Assembly: GCA_963703225.1 (NCBI GenBank)
Contig: OY969801.1
Location: 1,984,001 to 2,048,000 of the forward strand
Source: Candidatus Eiseniibacteriota bacterium
GTDB lineage: Bacteria; Eisenbacteria; RBG-16-71-46; SZUA-252
DNA: 64,000 nucleotides
Reading direction: 5' to 3'
Made by a program: the position numbers and the translations under genes. Positions 54,570-64,000 of the stretch are shown in pieces (position 1 is the stretch's first letter; each line of letters begins with the position of its first letter). The notes under the pieces are model-generated. The model saw nothing but the letters and a program-made list of their open reading frames with translations. It was not told the DNA's origin and did not search any database.

Positions 54570-55592
54570 TCACTGTCGCCTACCCTTTCGCCCCAAATCC
54601 CTACCCTCGGTCGGTCCAGCCCCCACCATTTCCAAAGTAAGATGCTGCCTTACAACGAAATATGTGCCGAGGAGCAGGGGTGGGAGGATCTGCGTGACGT
54701 GATAGAGGATCGCGAAGGCGAGCGCCTGTGGCCCGGTCACCCCCAATATGGACAGTCCGAGGACGCAGGCTCCTTCCATGACGCCCAGAAAGCCAGGGGA
54801 GGCGGGGACGGATATGCCGACGCAGACCACAAAGGTCAGCAGAAAGATCGACCAGAAGGGCAGCCGAATCCCGAGGCTCTCGCCCACAAAGAGAAAGACC
54901 GTGCCGCTCGCCAACCAAAGGGCGACCGACCAGGCGGCCGCGCGGGCAAGCAAGGCAGGCCGCCCTGCCACCGAGAGTCCCGCGCCGAATGCCGGTATTG
55001 AGGAGGCGACGGCCCGCCCCAAAGGGCCCGGCAGGCGCGCGAAGAACGGGTGGCGGCTCCATGCTCCGGTGCGCTCCCTCGTCGCGTGGAGGAGCCAGAG
55101 GAGAAAGCCGACGACGACGCTGGCTCCGACCGTGATGTAGCCGCTCCACCGATACCACGCGGGAACCGACGCGAAGAGCAGGGAGAGCGCCCAAATCGTC
55201 CCGAGCATGATCAGGTCGAAAATCCGCTCGACGGCGAGAGAGCCCAGGACCGTGGCGGTCGGAATCTTCTCGGTCCGCGCGAGGACGTAGGCGCGCACAA
55301 GCTCGCCGAGCCGGGCGGGCAGCGTGTTGATGGCCAGAAATCCGACCATCATGGCGCTGAAGAGCCGCGCGAAGGGCGGCTCGGCTCGAGGCAAGAGGAT
55401 CTCGCGCCAGCGGAGGGTGCGCAGATAGTAGACGAGCAGCGTCACGAGGGTTCCCCCGAGGACCCATCCGGGGGACGCGCCCGCCAGGGCATGGAGCGCC
55501 TCCGAGAGGTTGATCGAGCGGACGAGGAAATAGACGGCGGCGGCGCTCAGCGCGAGGCCGAGCGCCAGAAGCAGGAGCCGCGATCGGCTCAT
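54570..55592 (-). CDS. LPG-synthase TM/UPF0104 flippase-like membrane protein
   Basis: RTLRW, NTLPARLGELVR, ERIFD, PASPGFLG. Confidence 0.85.
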   Translation of the reverse strand: MSRSRLLLLALGLALSAAAVYFLVRSINLSEALHALAGASPGWVLGGTLVTLLVYYLRTLRWREILLPRAEPPFARLFSAMMVGFLAINTLPARLGELVRAYVLARTEKIPTATVLGSLAVERIFDLIMLGTIWALSLLFASVPAWYRWSGYITVGASVVVGFLLWLLHATRERTGAWSRHPFFARLPGPLGRAVASSIPAFGAGLSVAGRPALLARAAAWSVALWLASGTVFLFVGESLGIRLPFWSIFLLTFVVCVGISVPASPGFLGVMEGACVLGLSILGVTGPQALAFAILYHVTQILPPLLLGTYFVVRQHLTLEMVGAGPTEGRDLGRKGRRQ

Positions 55593-56551
55593 CGTCCTGG
55601 GCGGGGTGCTCGCGCGAGGTAGAGCGCCGCGACGAGGGGGATCCAGAGCTCGTGGGGGCCCACGAACGAATACCCCTTCCCTCCCGCCACGAGCGGGCGC
55701 TCGAGGATGTTCTTCTCCGGGCGATAGTGGCGGATCTGATCGAAATTCGCGGCGACGAATCGGCTCGCTTCGTGCCCCAGGTTTCGGACGGTCGAGAGCG
55801 CCTTGAGAAATACCTCCGGCAGAATCACCGCCGAGCCAAAGTTCAGGATCGCGCCCCCTTCCAGATCGCGAAGCGCGGCGGCGAAGATTCGAAAATCGCG
55901 GTGCGTGGCGAGGCCGGTCGCCGCCCCGTCGAAGGATGGATGCTGGTGGATGGTATCGGTCCCGATCGCGACGTGGACCGTGAGCGGCAATCCGAGCGTC
56001 GCGGCCCGGGCCAGGATGCTCAGCGAGGCGTTCGGGGCATCCGCCTCGTTCAGGAATTCCCCGAGCGCCTCCCCCATCCCCAGGCCCCGTTCCGCGCCGT
56101 CGTTCACCGCCTGGTTCATGAGCGCGGGGGTCTCCTCCACGAGGCCGAATTGTCCCGTGCCGAGGGTTTCCTCGACCGGCTCGGAGGTCTGCCCGAAGAG
56201 CGCGATTTCGAAATCGTGGATCGCGGCCGCTCCGTTCAACGCGACGGCTGAGAACGCGCCCACGTCGAGGAGCGCCAGCAAAGGTCGTTGGACGCCGGTC
56301 TTGATGACGTGCCCGCCGAGCATCGCGACCGCGGGGCGGCCGTCGGCGCGGGCGACGACCCAGGCTTGCATGAAATCCCGAAGGGCCGAGCCCGCGAGCA
56401 GATCGGGGAGAAACTGTTCCAGCGATCCGATCGGCGAGCTTGGATCGGGGGCCGGGGCGAACTGCTCGATCCGCACCTTCGAAGGGCGCTTCTCGACCGG
56501 GACGGTTTTGACGGAGCGGAGGTCGATCTCGGGGTGGCGGCTCACCGTCAT
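55589..56551 (-). CDS. Conserved protein of unknown function, deoxyhypusine-synthase-like fold
   Basis: GGHVIKTG, NGAAAIHDFE, HVAIGTD, NFGSAVILPEVFLKAL, GPHE. Confidence 0.6.
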   Translation of the reverse strand: MTVSRHPEIDLRSVKTVPVEKRPSKVRIEQFAPAPDPSSPIGSLEQFLPDLLAGSALRDFMQAWVVARADGRPAVAMLGGHVIKTGVQRPLLALLDVGAFSAVALNGAAAIHDFEIALFGQTSEPVEETLGTGQFGLVEETPALMNQAVNDGAERGLGMGEALGEFLNEADAPNASLSILARAATLGLPLTVHVAIGTDTIHQHPSFDGAATGLATHRDFRIFAAALRDLEGGAILNFGSAVILPEVFLKALSTVRNLGHEASRFVAANFDQIRHYRPEKNILERPLVAGGKGYSFVGPHELWIPLVAALYLARAPRPGR

Positions 56552-56555
56552 TCGC

Positions 56556-57368
56556 TCACTGCTTCGCCTGGAACGAGAGGCGCATGTCGGTCAGCGTCAC
56601 CGAAATCGATCCGATCGGCACCTTGCTCTTCACGAGTACCGGAATCCTCCGCTCGTCGTCCGAGAGCCAGACATAGATGCTCCCCTTGGATCGGAACACG
56701 CCCTCGGACTTTAGCAGAGGTTCGACCAGGACGCAGTTAAAGGTCCCCGCCGGGACCTGAATTCGTTCCCTCTTTAGTACTTTGACCTCCATCTGGTAGC
56801 TCTTCTTGTTGTCGTGGGTCGGGATCACGAGCGTCGCACCGTCCGGAAGCGGCAGGGTCCGGACATAGTAGAACGCGGATAGCACGTCGTGCACCCGGGC
56901 CGGCACGTCGAACGACGCGCCGTCGGCATAGACGGCCTTCATGGCCTCCTGATCAAAGCGGATCTCGGTGTCCTGCTTGTACGAGCCCTCCCGAAGGTGC
57001 TTGACGAAGCGGCGGGTGAAGAGGGATTCGGCGTCGACGTAGCTCTCCGCGCGATCCCGCACCTTGTAGAACTTGGAGACGAACGAGTTCGACTCGGCTT
57101 TGGTGACGATTCGATAGACCCGGCGGCCGTCGAGCCGCTGAATGTTCTGAACCTGCATGAGGGAGTTCCCGCCGTTCAGGCCGTTCCAGTCGATCGCGAA
57201 CTGGAAATACTCCCCAATCTGCCACGGGACCGGCGTCGTCCCCACGGGGACCGGCGTCGTCCCCACGGGAGCGGTTGCCTGGACGGAGTCCTCCGGCGCC
57301 GCGCCGAGGGGTGCTAAGAGGATCAACGCGAGCCCGACGCGGAGGCCGACGCGGGCGCGGTCAGGCAC
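56556..57368 (-). CDS. DUF3108 family secreted protein
   Basis: GEYFQF, FYKVRD, DVLSAFYYVR, VPAGTF, WLSDDERRIPV. Confidence 0.8.
   Translation of the reverse strand: MPDRARVGLRVGLALILLAPLGAAPEDSVQATAPVGTTPVPVGTTPVPWQIGEYFQFAIDWNGLNGGNSLMQVQNIQRLDGRRVYRIVTKAESNSFVSKFYKVRDRAESYVDAESLFTRRFVKHLREGSYKQDTEIRFDQEAMKAVYADGASFDVPARVHDVLSAFYYVRTLPLPDGATLVIPTHDNKKSYQMEVKVLKRERIQVPAGTFNCVLVEPLLKSEGVFRSKGSIYVWLSDDERRIPVLVKSKVPIGSISVTLTDMRLSFQAKQ
57226..57267. repeat. Exact 21-bp tandem duplication (PVGTTPV x2)
   Basis: GGGACCGGCGTCGTCCCCACG twice. Confidence 0.9.
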
Positions 57369-58152
57369 GACGCCGGGCCTGGGTCGCGATCGCCGCGTCG
57401 ACGACCATCCACCCCAGGCTCTCCAACCCGCCGCGCAGGAGCCGAAGCGGGCGTGGGGCGTCCATGGTCGTGGCCGCGAAGAGCGGGAAGAACTGGTCGG
57501 TCGCGTAGAGGGTGACCCGCGGGATGAATGGCCTGCCGTCGGGCGGTCGAGAGCCGCCGGCCGTGGCGCCGAACATCAGCCGGTATCCCGCCCGGCGTGC
57601 CGCGGCGGCGACCCGTGCGTCGGTCGCCCCCCACGGGTAGGCGATCCCATCCACCTTCTGTCCGGAAAGCCGACGCAAAAGCTCCCTCGAGCGAACGAGC
57701 TCATCCTCGAGCGAAGCGTTGGAGAGAGTCGTCATCTTGGAATGGGTCATCCCATGCGAGCCGATGGTCACGCCCTCCTGGGCAAGCCGCCTCACCTCGT
57801 CGGAGGTCAGGTGGTCTTCTCGCCGGGCCATCCAGGGGAGATCCCAAACATTGCGGAGGCCCAACCTCCCTGCCAATACGAACACGGTCCAGGGGAGGGC
57901 GAGTTCCCGCAGGAGGGGGCTCAGGTGGTCGATTTGGCTCTTGTAGCCATCATCCGCCGTCAGCGCGACCGTCCCCGCGGGAGGGCCCGACGGGCCCATC
58001 TCGTCGAGCCCGACGAACCGGTACCCCTGCTCGCGAAGCGCCAAGAGGATTCGCCGAAGCGCGGGAGTGGACGTACCCATCGGCGCGGTGGCCAACCGCG
58101 CGGGCGTCTGATGGAGCGCGAGGACCAGCGATCCGCGCACGATTCTGCTCAT
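57361..58152 (-). CDS. Polysaccharide deacetylase (CE4)
   Basis: LTADDGY, IGSHGMTH, IAYPWG. Confidence 0.85.
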   Translation of the reverse strand: MSRIVRGSLVLALHQTPARLATAPMGTSTPALRRILLALREQGYRFVGLDEMGPSGPPAGTVALTADDGYKSQIDHLSPLLRELALPWTVFVLAGRLGLRNVWDLPWMARREDHLTSDEVRRLAQEGVTIGSHGMTHSKMTTLSNASLEDELVRSRELLRRLSGQKVDGIAYPWGATDARVAAAARRAGYRLMFGATAGGSRPPDGRPFIPRVTLYATDQFFPLFAATTMDAPRPLRLLRGGLESLGWMVVDAAIATQARRRA

Positions 58153-58595
58153 CGCCCCGTGTGGCCGAAGCCCCCATCCCCCCTCGCGGTCGCGCCCAGG
58201 GCGGACGACACGTGGAGGGTGGCCCGGGCCACGGGCGCGAAGACCAGCTGCGCGATGCGGTCGCCCCGCTGGACCCGATAGGGTCGGGTGCCGAAATTGA
58301 CGAGGAGCACCTTCACCTCCCCGCGGTAGTCGGCGTCGATGGTCCCGGGCGCGTTCGGTACACCGATCGCGTGGCGAGCCGCCAGACCGCTCCGGGCGCG
58401 GATCTGCCCTTCGTAGCCGGGGGGGATTTCGACCCGGAGCCCCGTGGGGATCGAAACCACTTCTCCCGGGGCGATCTCGACCTCCGACTCGAGCGCGGCC
58501 ACCAGATCGAGTCCGGACGCGAGGTCCGACTGGTACTCGGGAGCGGCGACCGCGTGGTCTTCCAAGACAACCCGCACGTCGATCGCTCCGCTCAC
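58149..58595 (-). CDS. dut: dUTPase
   Basis: SGLDL, RSGLA, GTIDADYRGE, RIAQLV, RGDGGFGHTG. Confidence 0.96.
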   Translation of the reverse strand: MSGAIDVRVVLEDHAVAAPEYQSDLASGLDLVAALESEVEIAPGEVVSIPTGLRVEIPPGYEGQIRARSGLAARHAIGVPNAPGTIDADYRGEVKVLLVNFGTRPYRVQRGDRIAQLVFAPVARATLHVSSALGATARGDGGFGHTGR

Positions 58596-59875
58596 GCCGC
58601 GGCCCCCGAGACGAGGTCGGCATCCTCGAAGATCCGCTCCCCGCCCGAGCCAAGCGCCACCAGGCAGAGACGGTCGCGAGAGAGAATCTCACCGGCCACG
58701 CGGCGAACGTCCGCCGCCGTGATGCGATCGACGGACGCGATCATCTCGTCGACGGAAACGTCGCGGCCGGCGTACATCTCGGAGCGCGCGAGCCGGCTCA
58801 TCTGGTTGGCCGTGCTCTCCAGCCCCAGGAGGAGATTCCCTTTGAGCTGCGCTTTGCACGAGGCCAATTCATCATCGGGAATCGTCTCCTCCGCGGCGCG
58901 GCTGAACTCCTCCAGCGTGAGCTGGAGGGCGCGTCGGCCGTGCGACGGCTGGACGCTCATGGAAGCGCAGAAGATTCCGGCGTCGCGATAGGAATCGGCG
59001 TAGGTGAACACGGAGTAGGCGAGGCCTTCCTGCTCCCGCACGCGCTGAAAGAGCCGCGAGCTCATGCCGCCGCCCAGCATGGTGGAGACGAGCGCCACCG
59101 CGTAGCGGTCCGGGTGCTCGTGCGGACATCCCGCCGCGCCGATGCAGAGGTAGAGCTGCGTCAGATCCTTGATGTGGTGGGCGACCCCGCGGCCGTTCGG
59201 CGTCATCAGAGCGGCCTGAAGCGGCGGCCCGGCCGGCGCCGAGGCGAACTTCTCGGAGACCGTCGCGACGACCTGCTCCCAGTCGAAGCGGCCCGCCACC
59301 GAGATGAGGATGTTCGGCGCCGTGTAGTAGCGCGCGTGGTAGGCACGGATCGCCTCCGGGGTGAACGCGGTGACCGATCCGACGCTTCCCAGGATCCGGT
59401 TGCCGAGAGGGTGCCCCCTCCAGACGAGCTCGGAAAAGAGGTCGTGGACCCGATCGTCGGGGGTGTCGTCGTAGTTGTGGATCTCCTCGACGATGACCCC
59501 CTTTTCCTTGTCGATGTCGACGGGATCGAGCCGAGGGCGGAGCGCCAGGTCGGCGAGGACATCGACCGCCAGGTCAAAATGCTCTTCGAGCACCCTCGCG
59601 TTGAAGCAGGTGGCCTCCCGGCCGGTGAATGCGTCCAGGTGGCCGCCCACCGACTCGATCGCGAGCGCGATCTCGAGAGCGTCCCTTCCATGGGTCCCCT
59701 TGAAAACCATGTGCTCCAGGAAATGGGTCATCCCGGAATCGGGGGGCGACTCGTGGCGCGCGCCCACGCGCACCCAGGTCCCGACCGCGACCGATCGCAC
59801 GGAGCTCATCCGCTCCCCCACGATCGTGATCCCGGAGGGGAGAACGGCGCGGGCGAACCGACTTTCGTTGCTCAG
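58592..59875 (-). CDS. M16 zinc peptidase
   Basis: HFLEHMVFKGT; the frame continues upstream as FARAVLPSGITIV to a CTG that overlaps the pnp stop. Confidence 0.92.
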   Translation of the reverse strand: MSNESRFARAVLPSGITIVGERMSSVRSVAVGTWVRVGARHESPPDSGMTHFLEHMVFKGTHGRDALEIALAIESVGGHLDAFTGREATCFNARVLEEHFDLAVDVLADLALRPRLDPVDIDKEKGVIVEEIHNYDDTPDDRVHDLFSELVWRGHPLGNRILGSVGSVTAFTPEAIRAYHARYYTAPNILISVAGRFDWEQVVATVSEKFASAPAGPPLQAALMTPNGRGVAHHIKDLTQLYLCIGAAGCPHEHPDRYAVALVSTMLGGGMSSRLFQRVREQEGLAYSVFTYADSYRDAGIFCASMSVQPSHGRRALQLTLEEFSRAAEETIPDDELASCKAQLKGNLLLGLESTANQMSRLARSEMYAGRDVSVDEMIASVDRITAADVRRVAGEILSRDRLCLVALGSGGERIFEDADLVSGAAA

Positions 59876-62058
59876 CGGCGCGACGGCTCCGGCCGGCGGC
59901 GCCGATCGCCGCCATTGCCCCCATCCCGACCGCCACCACGTCCACCCCGGGGCTCCGCGGCGGGCACCACGGGGTCGTTCTCATGCCCCGGCAGCGCCTG
60001 CTTGCGGCTGAGCTTGATCTTCCCCTCGCGGTCGATCCCGATCACCTTGACGAGGACCGTATCTCCCTCGTTGATGACGTCCTCCACACGCTCGACCCGC
60101 TTAGGCTCGAGCTCCGAGATGTGGACGAGGCCGTCCTTGCCGGGGGAGATCTCGACGAAGGCTCCGAACGGAACCACGCGGCGGACCACACCCTGGTAGA
60201 TGCGGCCGATCTCCGGATCCTCGGTGATCGATCGAATGATTTCGCGGGCGCGGTCGCCGTCGGCGCCGCTGAAGGCCGCGATCCGGACCTCTCCGGTGTC
60301 CTCGATGTCGATCTGGGTTCCGGTCTCCGCGCTGATCTTCTTGATCATCTTGCCCCCGGGCCCGATCACTTCGCGGATCTTGTCGGGGTCGATCATCATG
60401 ATGTAGATCCGCGGCGCGTACGGCGAGAGCTCCGGCCGCGGCTTGGCGAGGGTGGCCTCCATGACGTCGAGGAGGTGCATCCGCGCCTTGCGCGCCTTCT
60501 CGAGGGCGTCGGCCATCAGCTGGTAGGAGACGCCCGCGATCTTGATGTCCATCTGGAGGGCCGTGATTCCGGTGCGGGTCCCGGCCACCTTGAAGTCCAT
60601 GTCGCCGAGGTGATCTTCCACGCCCTGGATGTCGGTCAGGATCGCGAATTGCTCGCCTTCCTTGACCAAGCCCATCGCCACGCCGGCGACGTGCGCCTTG
60701 ATCGGCACGCCGGCGTCCATCAGCGACAGACTTCCGCCGCAGACGGTGGCCATCGAGGAGGAGCCGTTCGACTCGAGAATGTCCGAGACGATCCGGATGG
60801 TGTAGGGGAAGTCGATGTCGGTGGGGATCAGTGGCTCGATGGCGCGCTCCGCGAGGGCGCCGTGCCCGATCTCCCGGCGGCCCGGCCCGCGGAAGGGCCG
60901 CACCTCGCCGACGCTGTAGGGCGGGAAGTTGTAGTGGAGCATGTAGCTCTTCCAGCTCTGCCCTTCCAGCTCCTCGACCCGCTGCTCGTCCACCTTGGTG
61001 CCGAGCGTGGCGACGACCAGAGCCTGGGTCTGGCCGCGCGTGAAGATCGCCGAGCCGTGGGTTCTGGGAAGGACGCCGGTTTCGCACGTCACGTTCCTCA
61101 TGTCGTCGAACCCGCGGCCGTCCGGCCGGCGCTTCTCGCCCACGATCAGGCGGCGGACTTCCTTCTCCTCGAGGTCGGCGATCACGTGCTTCACGGTCTT
61201 CGCGGACCCGGCATGCGACTCCTCGAACAGCGCGACCGCCTCCGACAGGACCGCGTCGAGCGCGTCTTGCCGCGCCTTCTTCTCGGGCAGCTTGTTCGCG
61301 GTCTTGACCTTTTCACCATAGGCCGCCGCGATCAACTTGACGAGCGCCTCGTCCCGATGCGGCAGGGGGAACGCCCGCTTGGGCTTCCCGACGCGCGCCT
61401 TGAGCTCGTGCTGGAGCTTGTTCAACGCACGGATCGCCTCGTGCGCGAACTCCAGCGCTTCCACGATCGTCTTCTCCTGCACCTCCCGCGCGCCGGCCTC
61501 GACCATGACGATGTTGGTGTCGGTGGCCGCCACGACCAGATCGAGGGTCGACTCCTGCAGCTCCTGATGGGTCGGGTTGAGCACGAGCGCGCCTGCGACC
61601 TGCCCCACGCGGACGGCGGAGACGGGCTCCGGGAACGGGATATCCGAGATCATCAACGCGGCCGACGCCCCGGTCACACCGAGGACGTCCGAATCGTTGG
61701 CCTGGTCCGAGGAGAGGACCGTGGTCATGATCTGGATTTCGTTCCGGTAGCCGTCAGGAAAGAGGGGGCGGAGCGGGCGATCGATGAGGCGGCTGCTCAG
61801 GATTTCCTTCTCGGTCGGCCGACCTTCGCGCTTGAAGAATCCGCCCGGGATGCGGCCGGCCGCGTAGGTCTTTTCACGGTACTCCACCGAGAGCGGGAAG
61901 AAGTCTTTGTCGATTGGATCCTTGCTGGCGACCGCCGCGGTCAGCACCACGGTCTCGCCGTACTGGATCCAGGTGGCACCCGAGGCCTGCTTGGCGACCT
62001 TCCCCACTTCGATGAAATAGCGTCGGCCGCCGAGCTCGAGGCTTACGGATTCGGGCAT
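59872..62058 (-). CDS. pnp: Polyribonucleotide nucleotidyltransferase
   Basis: GRIPGGFFKREG, RRPDGR, SNGSSSMA, KH and S1 domains. Confidence 0.98.
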   Translation of the reverse strand: MPESVSLELGGRRYFIEVGKVAKQASGATWIQYGETVVLTAAVASKDPIDKDFFPLSVEYREKTYAAGRIPGGFFKREGRPTEKEILSSRLIDRPLRPLFPDGYRNEIQIMTTVLSSDQANDSDVLGVTGASAALMISDIPFPEPVSAVRVGQVAGALVLNPTHQELQESTLDLVVAATDTNIVMVEAGAREVQEKTIVEALEFAHEAIRALNKLQHELKARVGKPKRAFPLPHRDEALVKLIAAAYGEKVKTANKLPEKKARQDALDAVLSEAVALFEESHAGSAKTVKHVIADLEEKEVRRLIVGEKRRPDGRGFDDMRNVTCETGVLPRTHGSAIFTRGQTQALVVATLGTKVDEQRVEELEGQSWKSYMLHYNFPPYSVGEVRPFRGPGRREIGHGALAERAIEPLIPTDIDFPYTIRIVSDILESNGSSSMATVCGGSLSLMDAGVPIKAHVAGVAMGLVKEGEQFAILTDIQGVEDHLGDMDFKVAGTRTGITALQMDIKIAGVSYQLMADALEKARKARMHLLDVMEATLAKPRPELSPYAPRIYIMMIDPDKIREVIGPGGKMIKKISAETGTQIDIEDTGEVRIAAFSGADGDRAREIIRSITEDPEIGRIYQGVVRRVVPFGAFVEISPGKDGLVHISELEPKRVERVEDVINEGDTVLVKVIGIDREGKIKLSRKQALPGHENDPVVPAAEPRGGRGGGRDGGNGGDRRRRPEPSRR

Positions 62059-62188
62059 TCTCTTCTCCTTCCACTGACTCTTACGAAAATCATCCGGGCA
62101 CGCCCTGGCGAGCCATGGAGCCAGGCGGGCGCCTCAGGAATGTCTTGGGGAGGAATTGCGGCGAGGTCCGCTTGCGCGGACGAGGAGC

Positions 62189-62458
62189 CTACTTGCGGAG
62201 GCCCAGCTCCTTGACCACCATCCGGTAGCGCTCGACCTTCGTCAACTTTAGATAGTCGAGCAGCCTTCTACGTTGACCTACCATCCGGAGCAGTCCGCGG
62301 CGACTGTGATGGTCCCGCTTGTGCACTTTGAAGTGCTCCGTCAGGTACTTGATTCTTTCTGTGAGGAGGGCGATCTGAACCTCGGCCGACCCGGAATCCG
62401 AGTCGTGGATCTTGAACTGGCCGATCACTTCGCGCTTCCTCTCAGGCGTCAACGGCAC
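62189..62458 (-). CDS. rpsO: 30S ribosomal protein S15
   Basis: [33 protein letters not shown] supports GTG 62458 (89 aa). Confidence 0.97.
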   Translation of the reverse strand: MPLTPERKREVIGQFKIHDSDSGSAEVQIALLTERIKYLTEHFKVHKRDHHSRRGLLRMVGQRRRLLDYLKLTKVERYRMVVKELGLRK

Positions 62459-62501
62459 CGGTGCCACCTCCTTGACTTTCCCTCTCTATGTACGAGCGGG
62501 G

Positions 62502-62529
62502 AATGTAGCATGGGCGTTCGGTTTTTCAA
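62502..62529 (-). promoter_or_regulatory. Probable rpsO promoter
   Basis: TTGAAA-N16-TACATT with extended TG. Confidence 0.5.
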
Positions 62530-62550
62530 GGCCCAATCTGTGCTACGGGG

Positions 62551-63474
62551 CTACGGCGCCCGGTCAGCCAACTCTTTGTCGGACCAGTAGGCCCGGGCCT
62601 TCGCCAGGTCGTCGTCCATCGCCCTGACGAGCTCCCGGGGCGAGCTAAATACCGCATCGGCACGAAGCTGCGAGATCAGAAGAGTATTCAGCCGCTCCCC
62701 CCTCAGGCTCCCTACGAAGTCGAGCAGGTGGACCTCCACGCGGATCGGGCCGGGCCCAAAGGTGGCCGCACTCCCGACGTAGGTCATCCCCTTCCATCTC
62801 CGGTCCCCCAATTCGCTGTAGGAAAGGTAGATGCCGGGGGCCGGGAGAAGCTTTTCGGGGTGGATCTCCAAGTTGGCCGTCGGATACCCCAAGCTCGCCC
62901 CTCTGCCGGCGCCGGAGCCGACCCTTCCCTCGAGTCCGTAGGGGCGGCCGATCATGACGGCGGCCCTCTCGACATGCCCTTCCACGATCTCCTTTCGAAG
63001 CAGGGTGCTTGAGATCTTCGAGCCTCCCCGGGTCAGGAGGGGAACCTCGAGCACGTCGAACCCCCGGGCGCTTCCCAAAGCCTCGAGGTAGGCGCGATCC
63101 CCCACGCGTCCCTTTCCCATCTTGAAGTCGTTGCCGATGACGAGCGTCGCAAGAGGAGCGTCCTTGCCCAACACGTGGTCGAGGAAGCCCTCGGGCGAGA
63201 GCGATTGGATCTGGGTGTCGAAGCGGACGATCTCGACCCGATCGACCCCCATCGAGTGAAGGAGCGCGGCTCTCTCTTCGGGCGGCGTGATCCAGGGACG
63301 CGGCGGCGATCCGCGGACGACAGTCTCGGGGTGGGGATCGAACGTGGCCACCCAGGCGGTGCCGCCGTGGCCGCGCGCCGCGGCCACGGTGGCGCCGATC
63401 ACCTCCTGGTGACCCCGGTGGAGGCCGTCGAAGACGCCGATCGTGAGCGCGATCGGTCGCCTGGCGGCCGTCAT
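62551..63474 (-). CDS. ribF: Riboflavin kinase/FAD synthetase
   Basis: GVFDGLHRGH, FDPHP, KISST, GYPTAN, EVHLLDF. Confidence 0.96.
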   Translation of the reverse strand: MTAARRPIALTIGVFDGLHRGHQEVIGATVAAARGHGGTAWVATFDPHPETVVRGSPPRPWITPPEERAALLHSMGVDRVEIVRFDTQIQSLSPEGFLDHVLGKDAPLATLVIGNDFKMGKGRVGDRAYLEALGSARGFDVLEVPLLTRGGSKISSTLLRKEIVEGHVERAAVMIGRPYGLEGRVGSGAGRGASLGYPTANLEIHPEKLLPAPGIYLSYSELGDRRWKGMTYVGSAATFGPGPIRVEVHLLDFVGSLRGERLNTLLISQLRADAVFSSPRELVRAMDDDLAKARAYWSDKELADRAP

Positions 63475-64000
63475 GCGCCGACCAAGACCCGCTGGAGCTG
63501 GGCGGGCAGCCCGGCCGACTGCATTTCCCAGGGACGAGCCAAAGCGAGAACGTCGCCTTGGGGATCCGTCAGCGCGAGCGGCCAGCCGCTCTCGCCCGGC
63601 GGAAGAGACCAGCCATTCCGCTGCTCTTCGATCCGATCCCGGTTCAACACTGGGGCTCGGCCGTGCCTGAGTTTGGCGGCCTCATCCGGGTCGAGGCGAA
63701 CGCGGGGGAGAAAGGAGAGCGCCCGGTCGAGCGGCAGCGCGCGGGCCCGGAGCGTTTCGGCGCCGTGTCCGTAGCGTCGGTCGCAGGAGAGCGCCGCGTC
63801 GATCCGAAATGGCCCCGACTCGACGCGGCGGAGCGCGGCCAGGTGCGCCCCCGAGCCCAGGACGGCCCCCAGATCGTGGGCGATCGTGCGGACGTAGGTC
63901 CCTCGGCTCACCGTTAGATCCAGCGTGATCTCAGGGAGCGCCGCGTCCACGAGGGCGAGGTGATAGACCTGCACCGTCCGGTCCTCACGCTCCACGTCGA
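63471..64000 (-). CDS. truB: tRNA pseudouridine(55) synthase, 3' part
   Basis: VSRGTYVRTIAHDLG, LAALRR; position upstream of ribF. Confidence 0.92.
   Translation of the reverse strand, partial: DVEREDRTVQVYHLALVDAALPEITLDLTVSRGTYVRTIAHDLGAVLGSGAHLAALRRVESGPFRIDAALSCDRRYGHGAETLRARALPLDRALSFLPRVRLDPDEAAKLRHGRAPVLNRDRIEEQRNGWSLPPGESGWPLALTDPQGDVLALARPWEMQSAGLPAQLQRVLVGA

Noticed and set aside
59983..62214. 743-aa plus-strand ORF, and similar ones opposite RND, glgA and manC
   Set aside because: Shadow ORFs opposite recognisable genes, with no family motifs

Overview
High-GC bacterial chromosomal window, probably from a long-read metagenome assembly, because several genes carry single-base frameshifts. 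The many secreted proteins ending in a 'YPNPFNP...SGxYF' FlgD-Ig/T9SS-like tail suggest an FCB-superphylum candidate lineage such as Eisenbacteria (inference). From left to right the window holds: an NtrC-type regulator; a TMTC-like GT-C/TPR protein; an ABC ATPase with a permease-M1 aminopeptidase fusion; a coupled di-haem/porin/RND/ECF-sigma/periplasmic sensor/NiCoT metal operon; amino-acid and peptide catabolic genes including a Tat small subunit plus amidase pair; a SWIB protein; tRNA-Gly; glgA, manC and a phosphoglycosyl transferase; an ~18.5 kb block of five secreted proteins centred on a ~3,500-aa cadherin/He_PIG-like repeat protein; envelope glycan genes; and the truB-ribF-rpsO-pnp-M16-dut housekeeping block. 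The best candidates for something undescribed are a conserved, structured, attenuator-like 5' leader shared by the two paralogs that flank the giant gene, the secreted-protein/glycosylation locus itself, and the metal operon. No CRISPR array, rRNA or mobile element was seen.
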